From: Gemmatimonadota bacterium
GTDB lineage: Bacteria; 4572-55; J002
Assembly (NCBI GenBank): GCA_003697105.1
Contig: RFFQ01000166.1
Location: forward strand, 1 to 44,692
Direction of reading: 5' to 3'
Length of the DNA stretch: 44,692 bases
The notes under the pieces were generated by a model. That model saw only the letters and a list, made by a program, of their open reading frames with translations, made no database searches and was not told the origin of the DNA. Below are positions 19,524-28,415 of this stretch, piece by piece; position 1 is the first letter of the stretch, and every line of letters begins with the position of its first letter. A program made the translations under genes and the position numbers.

Positions 19524-20081
19524 TTAAAGCGACTTCCACCACGCACTGGGGGGCGTTTCCAAACACGCTTGCGCAACTTCCTTAGAAATCGGGTGCTTCA
19601 GTTTTGCCAGACTACTGTTGATAAAATCATCGGTATCGGCATAGCCCACTGCCCGGTATTCAATCGCCTGAATCAAACATTCTAGTACATCGGCATCGGT
19701 CGCCAACTCATGCTCAGGGGAGGTGTCTGCCTCATCAATCCGGTATTCCAACGCCTGCAATTGACCCGCGATAACGGGAGGCAATAACCGCAGTTGATCC
19801 CGGTAGGCATCTTTTTCGGCGGCTTTTTGGTCAACGTAGCGTTTGGTTACGGCATGAGCATCGTTGATTCGTGCCTCGGAGACATCATGAAAGAGACAGA
19901 TAGTCATCGTTTTGTACGGGTCCGCACCGGCAAGTTGCGCCAAAAGATAGCCCAACACTGCCGTCCGATGAGAATGCTCGCTAACACTCTCCGGGTCTTT
20001 GACGCCCACGCACCACCAACCCGACCGTTTGACACGTTTCAATTGACCCACTTCATACAAAAATTTAGCAATATCGTGCAT
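19524..20081 (-). CDS. HD-domain phosphohydrolase (YfbR/HDDC2-like 5'-deoxynucleotidase family)
   Basis: LKRVKRSGW, ESVSEHSHR, LFHDVSEAR, DADVLE; start reassigned to MHDIAK. Confidence 0.85.
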   Translation of the reverse strand: MHDIAKFLYEVGQLKRVKRSGWWCVGVKDPESVSEHSHRTAVLGYLLAQLAGADPYKTMTICLFHDVSEARINDAHAVTKRYVDQKAAEKDAYRDQLRLLPPVIAGQLQALEYRIDEADTSPEHELATDADVLECLIQAIEYRAVGYADTDDFINSSLAKLKHPISKEVAQACLETPPSAWWKSL

Positions 20082-20094
20082 CTCACCCTTTCCA

Positions 20095-21354
20095 TCAAAA
20101 TGTTGAGCCAAAGCCGATGGATTTTTCACTGACATCCTGAAATGCCGGCGCTTTTTCACCTTCCGCGTAGCGGAAAAAGATAAAATTCTTGCCCGCTTCC
20201 ATCTGTTTTTCCAAGTCAACAAAGGGGATCATCGCGCCAAACACCTCTGTGAAAAAGGTCAAATCCTGCGCTACGGAAATCGCATAATACTGCCCATCGG
20301 CAACCCCATCCGGCGCATCCTGAAACATCGTTTGCTGATATTCCCCTTGTAGAATCAGATACGGACCAAATGCCAATTCATACCGCGCACCGAAATCAAA
20401 ACGGGCAAAGGTCGAATTACCTTCTGAATCTTCACCTTCGGGTTGGTAGCCCACATGAACCGTCAGCGGCATCGCTAACCGGGCATACCCCTTTTTTTGG
20501 TGCCATTTGAACATGGGATAATTGGTGAAAGGAATCTCAAATACACCTTGAAACCGAAAACTCTGGTTGACCCCATAGAGCAGATTATCCTCCATCGGAT
20601 TATACCGCGTTTCAAATTGGTAACCCACCGCAACTTCACTGCGATAAATCAACCCTCCCACAAAATAATACGGATGCACCACCAGATTGATGGCGGTTTG
20701 CGAGCCATTCCGCATGGAATCCCGGCTGGCAATTGTCCCTATGGAGTTTCCATCTAGGGAAATGGCATGAAGCCAAAGACCGTTGCGCGGGGTCATCCAG
20801 TTGCGCCGGAGCAGATGGAACCGAATATCATGATCAAAGGCATACTTGACATCATCCTCTACAATGCGGTGTACATTAAAATCAAACGTTTTGTCCTCAC
20901 CCACATTCCACCGGTTTGATGGAGGCGGCGTAACGACCACCGCACCCCGGTGCAAAAAATCAAGTGTTAAATTCTCCGGATCGTCTTGCCAATCCACTTC
21001 CAACTTCACCTGATCCGCATTGCCCGGCACCCAATGGATAGTCAAGATTTCGACCGGTTTACCATCCGCAAGTAACTGCCAATTTTCCCGCCTCCGGATC
21101 GAGTCCGTCACCGCTTTAATTAGCGTTTCATTACCGCTATCTTCCAGATCATATAAAAATTCGTCCCGGTCATAGAGCGTTGCGGTGAGGCTATGCCGTT
21201 TTATGGTTTTGATTTTATGTCCCTGTTCATCAAAAACGGGCGTTACCGTTTCCGCCCATTCCGCGGCTTGCAACCGGAGGAGTTCAGCGTAGCCGGTATT
21301 GACGCATCCCCAGCACAACACCCCGATTAAACTGAAAACCAACATCTTGTACAT
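20095..21354 (-). CDS. Hypothetical exported or outer-membrane protein
   Basis: Signal peptide or possible lipobox; beta-strand-rich C-terminal half; terminal Phe. Confidence 0.7.
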   Translation of the reverse strand: MYKMLVFSLIGVLCWGCVNTGYAELLRLQAAEWAETVTPVFDEQGHKIKTIKRHSLTATLYDRDEFLYDLEDSGNETLIKAVTDSIRRRENWQLLADGKPVEILTIHWVPGNADQVKLEVDWQDDPENLTLDFLHRGAVVVTPPPSNRWNVGEDKTFDFNVHRIVEDDVKYAFDHDIRFHLLRRNWMTPRNGLWLHAISLDGNSIGTIASRDSMRNGSQTAINLVVHPYYFVGGLIYRSEVAVGYQFETRYNPMEDNLLYGVNQSFRFQGVFEIPFTNYPMFKWHQKKGYARLAMPLTVHVGYQPEGEDSEGNSTFARFDFGARYELAFGPYLILQGEYQQTMFQDAPDGVADGQYYAISVAQDLTFFTEVFGAMIPFVDLEKQMEAGKNFIFFRYAEGEKAPAFQDVSEKSIGFGSTF

Positions 21355-21363
21355 GATCCCTCC

Positions 21364-21660
21364 TTATGCAGAAAAAACGATCCGCCGAAACCAGCGTTTA
21401 TCAAGGTCGGTGAACGTCATCTGTTCATCGATTTCCGGCTCTTTTTGATCCACTTGCCAACCGTAAGGGTCACTTGTACAAACTTGCGTAGCTGCCATCA
21501 AAAGCCGCTCTGGAAAAGTTTCCAGCATGGCATCCGGTACCACCTTAACCACCCGCTCCTGTTTTATACCATCCCATGTTACCGCGGCACCAATGCCTGT
21601 CCGTTGTAGTGCATCGCACAACGCTTTTCGCCGGTTTTCAGTGTTATATTCCAGTGGCAT
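21364..21660 (-). CDS. Hypothetical protein
   Basis: 98-aa ORF with GGAGG RBS; its stop abuts the RBS of the next gene. Confidence 0.65.
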   Translation of the reverse strand: MPLEYNTENRRKALCDALQRTGIGAAVTWDGIKQERVVKVVPDAMLETFPERLLMAATQVCTSDPYGWQVDQKEPEIDEQMTFTDLDKRWFRRIVFSA

Positions 21661-21750
21661 ATCATCGCCCTCCCAATTTAAAAGTAGCGTATCAAGCTGA
21701 TTTTATTTAGCATATCAGAAAGAGAAAGACCTGTCAATTAAATTTTAAGC

Positions 21751-21806
21751 TTGACACCAATATAAATAGGTTGTATGTTATTTAGGTAATTTGATACCTA
21801 AATAAC
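21751..21806 (+). promoter_or_regulatory. Sigma70 promoter with a 12-bp inverted-repeat operator
   Basis: TTGACA-N17-TATGTT; GTTATTTAGGTA-N6-TACCTAAATAAC at 21777-21806. Confidence 0.7.
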
Positions 21807-21828
21807 TTTACTTTAAAAGGAGTACAAG

Positions 21829-22110
21829 ATGTTCAATCATCACGGCGAACCGATCCGGGTTCAACGCGTTCAAACCGGAGTGCGGATGGAAAAAACGATG
21901 CTGAAAGTCCTTAAAGGATTGGCGGAATACTTTGAGATCAGCTTAGGCGATTTGCTGGAAGGCATTGTGCTACATGCGTTTGAAGGAAAAGCGCCTTTCG
22001 GGGAAGAAACCCGGCAAAAAATTGAGGAACTCAAGCGAATTTACGGCATGGAGTTTGACGCCTCTGCCAGCCACCGTTTTATTGAAGATGATCCGGAAAC
22101 CGGCGAATAG
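21829..22110 (+). CDS. Small conserved protein, probable ribbon-helix-helix DNA-binding protein
   Basis: RVQTGVRMEKTMLKVLKGLAEYFEISLGDLLE has a beta-alpha-alpha pattern; AGGAG RBS. Confidence 0.7.
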   Translation: MFNHHGEPIRVQRVQTGVRMEKTMLKVLKGLAEYFEISLGDLLEGIVLHAFEGKAPFGEETRQKIEELKRIYGMEFDASASHRFIEDDPETGE

Positions 22111-22135
22111 TACATTACCCCTCACAAATACACGT

Positions 22136-22171
22136 AAAAAACCCGTCAGACTGGGAAACGTCTGACGGGTT
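22136..22171 (-). terminator. Intrinsic terminator of the nuclease gene, between convergent genes
   Basis: AACCCGTCAGAC/GTCTGACGGGTT stem with a T tract on the minus strand. Confidence 0.8.
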
Positions 22172-22200
22172 GGGGGGAAGAAAGCTAAGAGACGTGCTGT

Positions 22201-25200
22201 TTATTTCACCAGCGTCATCATTCGGGTTTGCGTCTCTTTTTGGGAAGTCATCACATACAGGTAAACACCGCTATTCACGGCTTGACCCCGTGCATCCGTA
22301 CCGTTCCACCGGATGGTATAAGCACCCGCCGGACGGAATTCATCCACCAAGGTGGTGACGAGCCGCCCCTGTAGATCATATATCTGCAAAGAAACATGAC
22401 CCGCCGTAGCCAGATCAAAATCAATCGCGGTGGCGGGGTTGAACGGGTTGGGGTAATTCTGGGAAAGTACCACTGAGCCCGGTACTGCCGGTTCATTGGT
22501 CGGAACTAATTCCGGGTTGGTCATGATTTCCGCGTGGGAACTTCGACCCGCCATTGAAGCCGCTCCGGCAACTGTTGAGGCAATAATGCGCACCTCATCA
22601 ATGTAAATATGATCCGCATTTCCACTGGCATCGCATTGAAACCGGAACTGGGCATTTGACGGAAAGACATAACTCCCCGCATCGATTGTTACGGTAGCCG
22701 TATAGAAGGTATTGTTATTAAAATCCGTGCCTCGGGCATAGCTGGCAACCGTTTGCCAAGCGGAGCCGTCGTAGTAGCGCACCCAAAAATCCTCGTTATT
22801 TTCCATGCTGTAGGCATAAAACGCAAATTCAATATCCAGTTGATCGTAAGCCGAGACATCAACGTAGCCCGAGGTCATTGCGGATGCCGTACCCGAGTTA
22901 TCCCGAAGCCGGATAGAATAGCTACCCCCATAGGAGCGTGAACCCGAATAACGGGCACAATCGCCACCCCCATCACTCCAGCCATCCCAGCCACTTTCAA
23001 AATCGGCATAGAGCAGTTCCACGGATGCCGGCGCCAGCGTATGCGGGTCACCGTTGCCACTCAAAACCGACCAATCGATGTAGGTGTCCGTATCCGTGTT
23101 CGGGTCGGTGCGGACAATCGACGAGCCTTGCGGTGCATTCGGCAGGCTGGTACTGCCCCACCCGGACGGCAGACCTGCCCCAGCACCACCTTCCCAAGCA
23201 ACGGCATCAACCATCGCAGACCCGTTCTGTAAGATTAGAGCTTCGCCGCTATTATTGAGTGCGGGAATCGATCCATATAGATCGGCATCCGCACCGTAAA
23301 GGGCGGTAAATCCTGCGGGATCGGCGGCAATTGTCAAAAAGGATGCGCTGTCAAGATGTGTTCCGGGCGGGATCGTGTACGTTGAACCGGCACCGTTGTT
23401 ATCGGTGATCGTCCAGCCACTCAGATCGACCGTCGATCCGGTGGGATTGTACAACTCGATCCACTCTTCAATTGATTCTGTACCCGGCGTATCGTAAAAA
23501 ATTTCGCTGAAAACCACGCTAGCCACCACGGGGTCACTGATCGTTGCGGTGGTTTGGTCCATGCCGGTAGCGCCGTCATCATCCGTCACGGTCAAGTGGA
23601 TCGCATACGTTCCGGCAGTTTGGTAGGTATGCGAGGGATTCGCCACGGTGCTGGTCGTACCATCGCCAAAATCCCACAAATAGCTGACAATCGAGCCGTC
23701 CGAATCGCTTGAGCCAGCACTGCTGAAGGAGATCGCCTGTCCGGTCAAACCGGAGTAGGTTCCGTTGGCATTAGCAGTGGGAGCGGCATTCGGATTTTCA
23801 ATAGTTGCCGTGGTTTGATCCATGCCGGTAGCGCTGTCATCATCCGTCACGGTCAAGTGGATCGCATACGTTCCGGCAGTTTGGTAGGTATGTGAGGGAT
23901 TCGCCGCAGAGCTGGTCGTACCATCGCCAAAATCCCACAAATAGCTGACAATCGAGCCATCCGAATCGCTTGAGCCGGCACTACTGAAGGAGATCGCCTG
24001 TCCGGTCAAACCGGAATATGTGCCGTTGGCATGGGCGATTGGGGCAACATTGCCCGGTGTGGTGGCTTGGGTTTGCGGATTCCCGTTTCCGGTCGCAACC
24101 GACCAATCCGCGTACGTATCGGTATCGGCATTCACATCCATGCGGAAAATCGTTTCGCCCGTGGCGCAGACCGGTTGGGTGGTACTACCCCAGCCGCTGG
24201 GGACGCCGGCACTGGCACCACCTTCCCACGCCACGGCATCCACAGGTTGTGCCGCTTCATTTTGCAGAATCAGCGCATCACCACCATTATTCAGTGCCGG
24301 AATCGACCCGTACACATCGGCATCGTACCCGTACATCGCGAAAAACCCCGTTTGTACCGCCGCCACCGTTAAATAGCTATTGGGGGCAATCGTCGTTCCG
24401 GCAGAGAAGGTATAGCTCGTTCCTGTACCGTTGTTGTCAATGATCGTCCAGCCCCCCAAATCGATGGTACTGGAGCCGCCGTTGTATAGCTCGATCCACT
24501 CCTCGTCGCTGTCCGTACCCGGTGTATCATACAGAATTTCGCTAAAAATGACGCCGGTGGAACCGCTTCCGCCGCTGGTGATGGTCGCCGTCGTTTGATC
24601 CGTGCCGGTCGCACCCAAATTATCTGTGACCGTCAGGGTGACGGTGTACGTCCCTGTTGAGCTGTAACTATACACTGGATTCATGGTGGTACTGGTCGCA
24701 CCATCACCAAAATCCCAGAGATAACTAACAATCGAGCCATCAGCATCACTGGAGCCGGCACTGCTAAAGCTGATAGTTTGGCTAATTGTTCCGGTATAGG
24801 CGCCGTTGGCATTTGCCACCGGAGGTGTATTGCTGGCGCCGCCGATACTGACAAAATCGGCATAAACCGGCAGGTGATCGGAGGCATAATGTAACGCATC
24901 CGCCACATTTGCCGGTACAGACGAATTATTCCCATCATTCACGGCAAGATTAAAATGATTGCCATCATTACCCACAACCGTATAGGAACCGCTGATGTAA
25001 TCAATCCCCGCACCATCATTTACGCCATAATTGGCAAAGATCATATCAAACCGGTCATCAATACCCCCCGTAGCGCCGCCGCCGAACTGGGTTGTGCGTG
25101 GGCTTTGGGTATGGATGCTGGCAAAAGCGGCATTATCGTGCCAGTTTCCGACCATATTTGCGGGGATCAAGTCTTCGGAACGCCCGTTACCGGTGGCGAT

Positions 25201-25767
25201 AAACCGCTGGTATGCCGGTTCACCGGCATCATAAATGTTCATGTCTCCAACGATAACCCACTCCGTACCAGCCGGCAAACTTGCCAGATGATTCCGCAGT
25301 TCTGTCACTTCCCGGTCTCGTTGGGCTTCATTGGCACTGCCGGTACTGGCTTTGAGATGGCAACTATAAAATCGAACCTCGTTCCCGTTGATGGTGGCGA
25401 CATATTCGGAAATATTACGGAGTTCTGTCGGTATTTGTGCTTGAGAGACAAAGGAAACCGTAGAAGTGCGATAAAAAAACATGTGGTCTGTATCCGGACC
25501 ATCATTGAAGGTCGCCCGGGCATACCCGGGACCTAGGGCATTCAAAATCAGGTCTGCACCGCCAGCATCCACCATTTCCTGCATCAATAAGACATCCGGG
25601 TTGACATGGTTCAACACCGTCTGGAAATAGGTTTGGCGGTCACTATCCGCCGTATCCAGTTTTAGCCCATTGTAGGTCATTACCCGGAACGTGACATCCG
25701 CCAGAACGGCGGAAGAACAGACAAAAAACACCAACACCAACAGCATGACTACACGTGAGAAACGCAT
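22201..25767 (-). CDS. Secreted EEP-family (DNase I-like) nuclease with 3 PKD, 2 lamin-tail domains, a beta-sandwich domain and a FlgD/T9SS-type C-terminal domain
   Basis: Signal peptide; MTYN, QE, HLKA, GDMN, DRFD, SDHLPV; WDFGDG three times; FSEI.YD.PG...EEWIELYN twice; NYPNPFNP. Confidence 0.9.
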   Translation of the reverse strand: MRFSRVVMLLVLVFFVCSSAVLADVTFRVMTYNGLKLDTADSDRQTYFQTVLNHVNPDVLLMQEMVDAGGADLILNALGPGYARATFNDGPDTDHMFFYRTSTVSFVSQAQIPTELRNISEYVATINGNEVRFYSCHLKASTGSANEAQRDREVTELRNHLASLPAGTEWVIVGDMNIYDAGEPAYQRFIATGNGRSEDLIPANMVGNWHDNAAFASIHTQSPRTTQFGGGATGGIDDRFDMIFANYGVNDGAGIDYISGSYTVVGNDGNHFNLAVNDGNNSSVPANVADALHYASDHLPVYADFVSIGGASNTPPVANANGAYTGTISQTISFSSAGSSDADGSIVSYLWDFGDGATSTTMNPVYSYSSTGTYTVTLTVTDNLGATGTDQTTATITSGGSGSTGVIFSEILYDTPGTDSDEEWIELYNGGSSTIDLGGWTIIDNNGTGTSYTFSAGTTIAPNSYLTVAAVQTGFFAMYGYDADVYGSIPALNNGGDALILQNEAAQPVDAVAWEGGASAGVPSGWGSTTQPVCATGETIFRMDVNADTDTYADWSVATGNGNPQTQATTPGNVAPIAHANGTYSGLTGQAISFSSAGSSDSDGSIVSYLWDFGDGTTSSAANPSHTYQTAGTYAIHLTVTDDDSATGMDQTTATIENPNAAPTANANGTYSGLTGQAISFSSAGSSDSDGSIVSYLWDFGDGTTSTVANPSHTYQTAGTYAIHLTVTDDDGATGMDQTTATISDPVVASVVFSEIFYDTPGTESIEEWIELYNPTGSTVDLSGWTITDNNGAGSTYTIPPGTHLDSASFLTIAADPAGFTALYGADADLYGSIPALNNSGEALILQNGSAMVDAVAWEGGAGAGLPSGWGSTSLPNAPQGSSIVRTDPNTDTDTYIDWSVLSGNGDPHTLAPASVELLYADFESGWDGWSDGGGDCARYSGSRSYGGSYSIRLRDNSGTASAMTSGYVDVSAYDQLDIEFAFYAYSMENNEDFWVRYYDGSAWQTVASYARGTDFNNNTFYTATVTIDAGSYVFPSNAQFRFQCDASGNADHIYIDEVRIIASTVAGAASMAGRSSHAEIMTNPELVPTNEPAVPGSVVLSQNYPNPFNPATAIDFDLATAGHVSLQIYDLQGRLVTTLVDEFRPAGAYTIRWNGTDARGQAVNSGVYLYVMTSQKETQTRMMTLVK
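23545..24030 (-). repeat. Recent 261-bp tandem duplication of a PKD domain
   Basis: CATGCCGGTAGCG...GTCAAGTGGATCGCATACGTTCCGGCAGTTTGGTAGGTATG is nearly identical at 23560 and 23821. Confidence 0.9.
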
Positions 25768-25882
25768 AACAAACTCCTATGAGTTGAGTATGAGAAGAAA
25801 TGGTATTTTGTGTTTGATGATAAATGGCACAAAGCGGGCTGTCCCCGGAAAGTATGCCCCGCAAACGTTATAAACGCTGACT

Positions 25883-25955
25883 CTCCGTGGTGACAGCAAA
25901 TTTACGGTTTGCCGGTGGAGGCTCCCCCGACCCTATTACGGGGGATTACACAGAG
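25883..25955 (-). ncRNA. 2'-deoxyguanosine-II riboswitch aptamer (purine riboswitch variant)
   Basis: RNA CUCUGUG-UAAU-CCCCCG-UAAUAGGGU-CGGGGG-AGCCUCCAC-CGGCAAA-CCGUAAA-UUUGCUG-UCAC-CACGGAG folds as the P1/P2/P3 purine three-way junction with a CCGUAAA loop and 2'-dG-II-type junctions. It lies in the 5' UTR of a nuclease/LTD gene. Confidence 0.88.
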
Positions 25956-26113
25956 GAAAGAGATAACCCAGAGGGTTAAAAGATCAACTTACGCCGGTAT
26001 TAATACCCGTGAATGTTAGGATTGAATTAAGAAAACCGGCAAAAACAAAAACATAGCGGCTTGATTCTATCCGGGCAATATGCAAAGTTCATGTCAGGGG
26101 TACGATATAAACA

Positions 26114-26126
26114 TAACTAATTGATA
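26114..26126 (-). promoter_or_regulatory. IHF site upstream of the nuclease gene, next to an imperfect sigma54-like box (26081-26096)
   Basis: Reverse complement TATCAATTAGTTA; adjacent TGACATGAACTTTGCA has GA-N10-GC in place of GG-N10-GC. Confidence 0.45.
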
Positions 26127-26294
26127 TTATTTAAGTTAAACTACCATAACTAGAACACCGGTAAACGCAAAACTGATAAAGATACTTACGCTTGCAACGC
26201 CATAAGAACCGGAAAAATGGAAAGAAGCGTGATAGACACACGCCGGAAAGCGCTGTTAAAAATGATTACACTGACACCACCAAAATGTGGATAC

Positions 26295-26331
26295 AAAAAA
26301 ACAGCGGCGAGCCTTTGAAAGACTCGCCGCC
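26295..26331 (-). terminator. Terminator at the end of the PHA-associated operon
   Basis: GCGGCGAG/CTCGCCGC stem with T7 on the minus strand. Confidence 0.8.
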
Positions 26332-26362
26332 AGACACGTTCCCTAACAATTCAACCTGACCC

Positions 26363-27316
26363 TTACTTCAAAAAGTCTCGCACCGCCTGATTAAACGCAT
26401 CTGCCTGCTCATATTGAGCAAAGTGACCGCAATCCGCCAGCAAAACCAGGGTGCTATTGGGGATTTTTTGCGCCCCGATATTGGCAATATCGGCGGTACG
26501 CCCACCATGCAAGTACGGGTTGGGGATGAGTTGATCATTTTGTCCAAACACGATTAGCGTAGGCGGCTGCAGGGCATCCAACACATCCAACACCGGTTGG
26601 TCAACCATGCCGGTCACACATTTGCGGATGGTGTAGCAGTAGGCATCAAAATCGTGGGCATGACGTAGAGCAATGCGGTCGGTCACCATGAATTCCGCAT
26701 CTGGGGGCATATTGTAAAAATTATGCACCAGATTGGCGCGAATCTGCTGAACCGGAGTTAATTTCACGCCACGGGCGGTAATATTTTCCCGAAACCACTC
26801 TTTTTCCCCTTCAGAAAAGGCTTCAAATCCCGCTGGGGCAACTAAAATGAGCCGTTCCACCTGTTCAGGATATTTAAGTGCCATAATCATGGCAATCTGC
26901 CCCCCCATGGAGTGCCCCGCCAGAATGGCGGAATCAATCTTTAACTCCGCCATAAACTTCACGAGAATATCCGCATACCATTCCATCGTAATTGGATACG
27001 CCCCCTTGCTGGACTTACCATAACCGGGCAAATCCACTGCAATACAGCGATAATCCGAGCGTAAGGCTTGGATATTTTTGTGCCAGGCGGGAAGATAGCT
27101 TCCCAAACCATGAACAAAAAGGATCGTCTCACTGCCGCTACCTTCATCCACATAGGCGATGCGAATATCCGTCTCGATATCCGCATACTGAACCGCAAAA
27201 GGATATTGCAGGTCGGCAAACTCCATCTTCAAGGGAACATTCTTATAAGGGGTACAGCCCGTTAATGCAATGCTAAACCACATTAGCAATCCGATTGGTA
27301 ACATGTTGATTTTCAT
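26363..27316 (-). CDS. Alpha/beta hydrolase lipoprotein
   Basis: LTG/C lipobox, FVHGLG oxyanion motif, GHSMGG nucleophile, GQNDQLIP, CGHF. Confidence 0.88.
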   Translation of the reverse strand: MKINMLPIGLLMWFSIALTGCTPYKNVPLKMEFADLQYPFAVQYADIETDIRIAYVDEGSGSETILFVHGLGSYLPAWHKNIQALRSDYRCIAVDLPGYGKSSKGAYPITMEWYADILVKFMAELKIDSAILAGHSMGGQIAMIMALKYPEQVERLILVAPAGFEAFSEGEKEWFRENITARGVKLTPVQQIRANLVHNFYNMPPDAEFMVTDRIALRHAHDFDAYCYTIRKCVTGMVDQPVLDVLDALQPPTLIVFGQNDQLIPNPYLHGGRTADIANIGAQKIPNSTLVLLADCGHFAQYEQADAFNQAVRDFLK

Positions 27317-27348
27317 GGGATTCGTCCTTTATTATGACGCACGTCATC

Positions 27349-28383
27349 TTAATAGGTCGAATGATATTTGACCATCCGCCATTGATAATATCCGGTTAAA
27401 TCCTTGACATTAAAATGCCCGTATGGGGCACTGTAAAACACCTTTTCACCATCTTGTCCGGGAATTTGGGAGGTATAATCACCGTACACCACGCCGCCAT
27501 ACCCAATAACTTCATCCACAGTTGACCAGATGGTGTACACATAATCACCCTCATAACCACTGGTGGCATTGATATCCTCCAAAATATCAGAAACGCCATA
27601 GGGACCCATCCCCCACCACAAATAGCCCGGATAAAGTCCGTTGGTATTCGCACACGTGGGGGTGGAACCACCGCTGAGATAGCAGGAGACCAATCCTAAA
27701 TTGGCGCCGGCAATACCGACAAACGTATCCACAAAGGTCAGCGGACTTCCCAGATTGTAATATCCACCATCCAATAGGTCATACCCACTGCCCCCTTTAA
27801 TCGCTTTGCGAGCAAGGGTCACCCCCATCGAATGGGTGATCACATCGACATGATCGGCACCGGTGTATTCTTTCACCGCCAGAATAAATGCTCGGACGAA
27901 GGTCAGATATTCCCGCGAGTGGTATTGATATGCAGATAATGCCGCATTCGCCGGTCCCCACGTGGTGCCGTACAGCTCGGCGGAAGTGTACCCTTGGCTC
28001 TGAAAATAGTCCACGGATTCCGTCCAGCCCGTTTGCCCGAAAACATCACCGAGTGCTTTATCGGAGTTCCCGTGAATAAAGATAACCGGTTGGTTGGTCA
28101 CCGGATCGGAGGCAGTCAATTTACCCCCAAAACTCCCCCCGTCCAGATCGGTCCGGGCAAAATCAAACTCGCCATAACCATTTGCACTCAACCAGTTCTG
28201 AAAGTGGGGTGTTAGCCCCTCGGCAATTGCCGTTTGGGGAGAATCTGTTTTGACCGGTGGCAGGTCTGTTATTGCCGGTTCGTTGCCGGCGGGCACATCC
28301 AGAATTCCATCCGAACCACAATTTGCCAGTGCCAAGGATGTGAGGATCACACCGATTAGCATCCAGTAAAACCGAGCCTTCAT
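27349..28383 (-). CDS. Lipase_2 / PhaZ7-like esterase lipoprotein (candidate PHA depolymerase)
   Basis: LAN/C lipobox; PVIFIHGNSD, YHS..Y......FI..VKEYTG...VDVITHSMG, SC...PTC; GGAGG before ATG 28383. Confidence 0.8.
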   Translation of the reverse strand: MKARFYWMLIGVILTSLALANCGSDGILDVPAGNEPAITDLPPVKTDSPQTAIAEGLTPHFQNWLSANGYGEFDFARTDLDGGSFGGKLTASDPVTNQPVIFIHGNSDKALGDVFGQTGWTESVDYFQSQGYTSAELYGTTWGPANAALSAYQYHSREYLTFVRAFILAVKEYTGADHVDVITHSMGVTLARKAIKGGSGYDLLDGGYYNLGSPLTFVDTFVGIAGANLGLVSCYLSGGSTPTCANTNGLYPGYLWWGMGPYGVSDILEDINATSGYEGDYVYTIWSTVDEVIGYGGVVYGDYTSQIPGQDGEKVFYSAPYGHFNVKDLTGYYQWRMVKYHSTY

Positions 28384-28415
28384 AATAAACGCCTCCCATA
28401 AATTAAGGTTAAGGT

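Noticed and set aside
23545-24030. CRISPR array or DGR template/variable repeat
   Set aside because: The repeats are in-frame 261-bp PKD coding units with no spacers, and the differences are not adenine-specific.
25883-25955. Canonical guanine or adenine riboswitch
   Set aside because: The junctions differ from the canonical UUUCUAC J2/3 and short J3/1, and the downstream gene is not a purine metabolism or transport gene.
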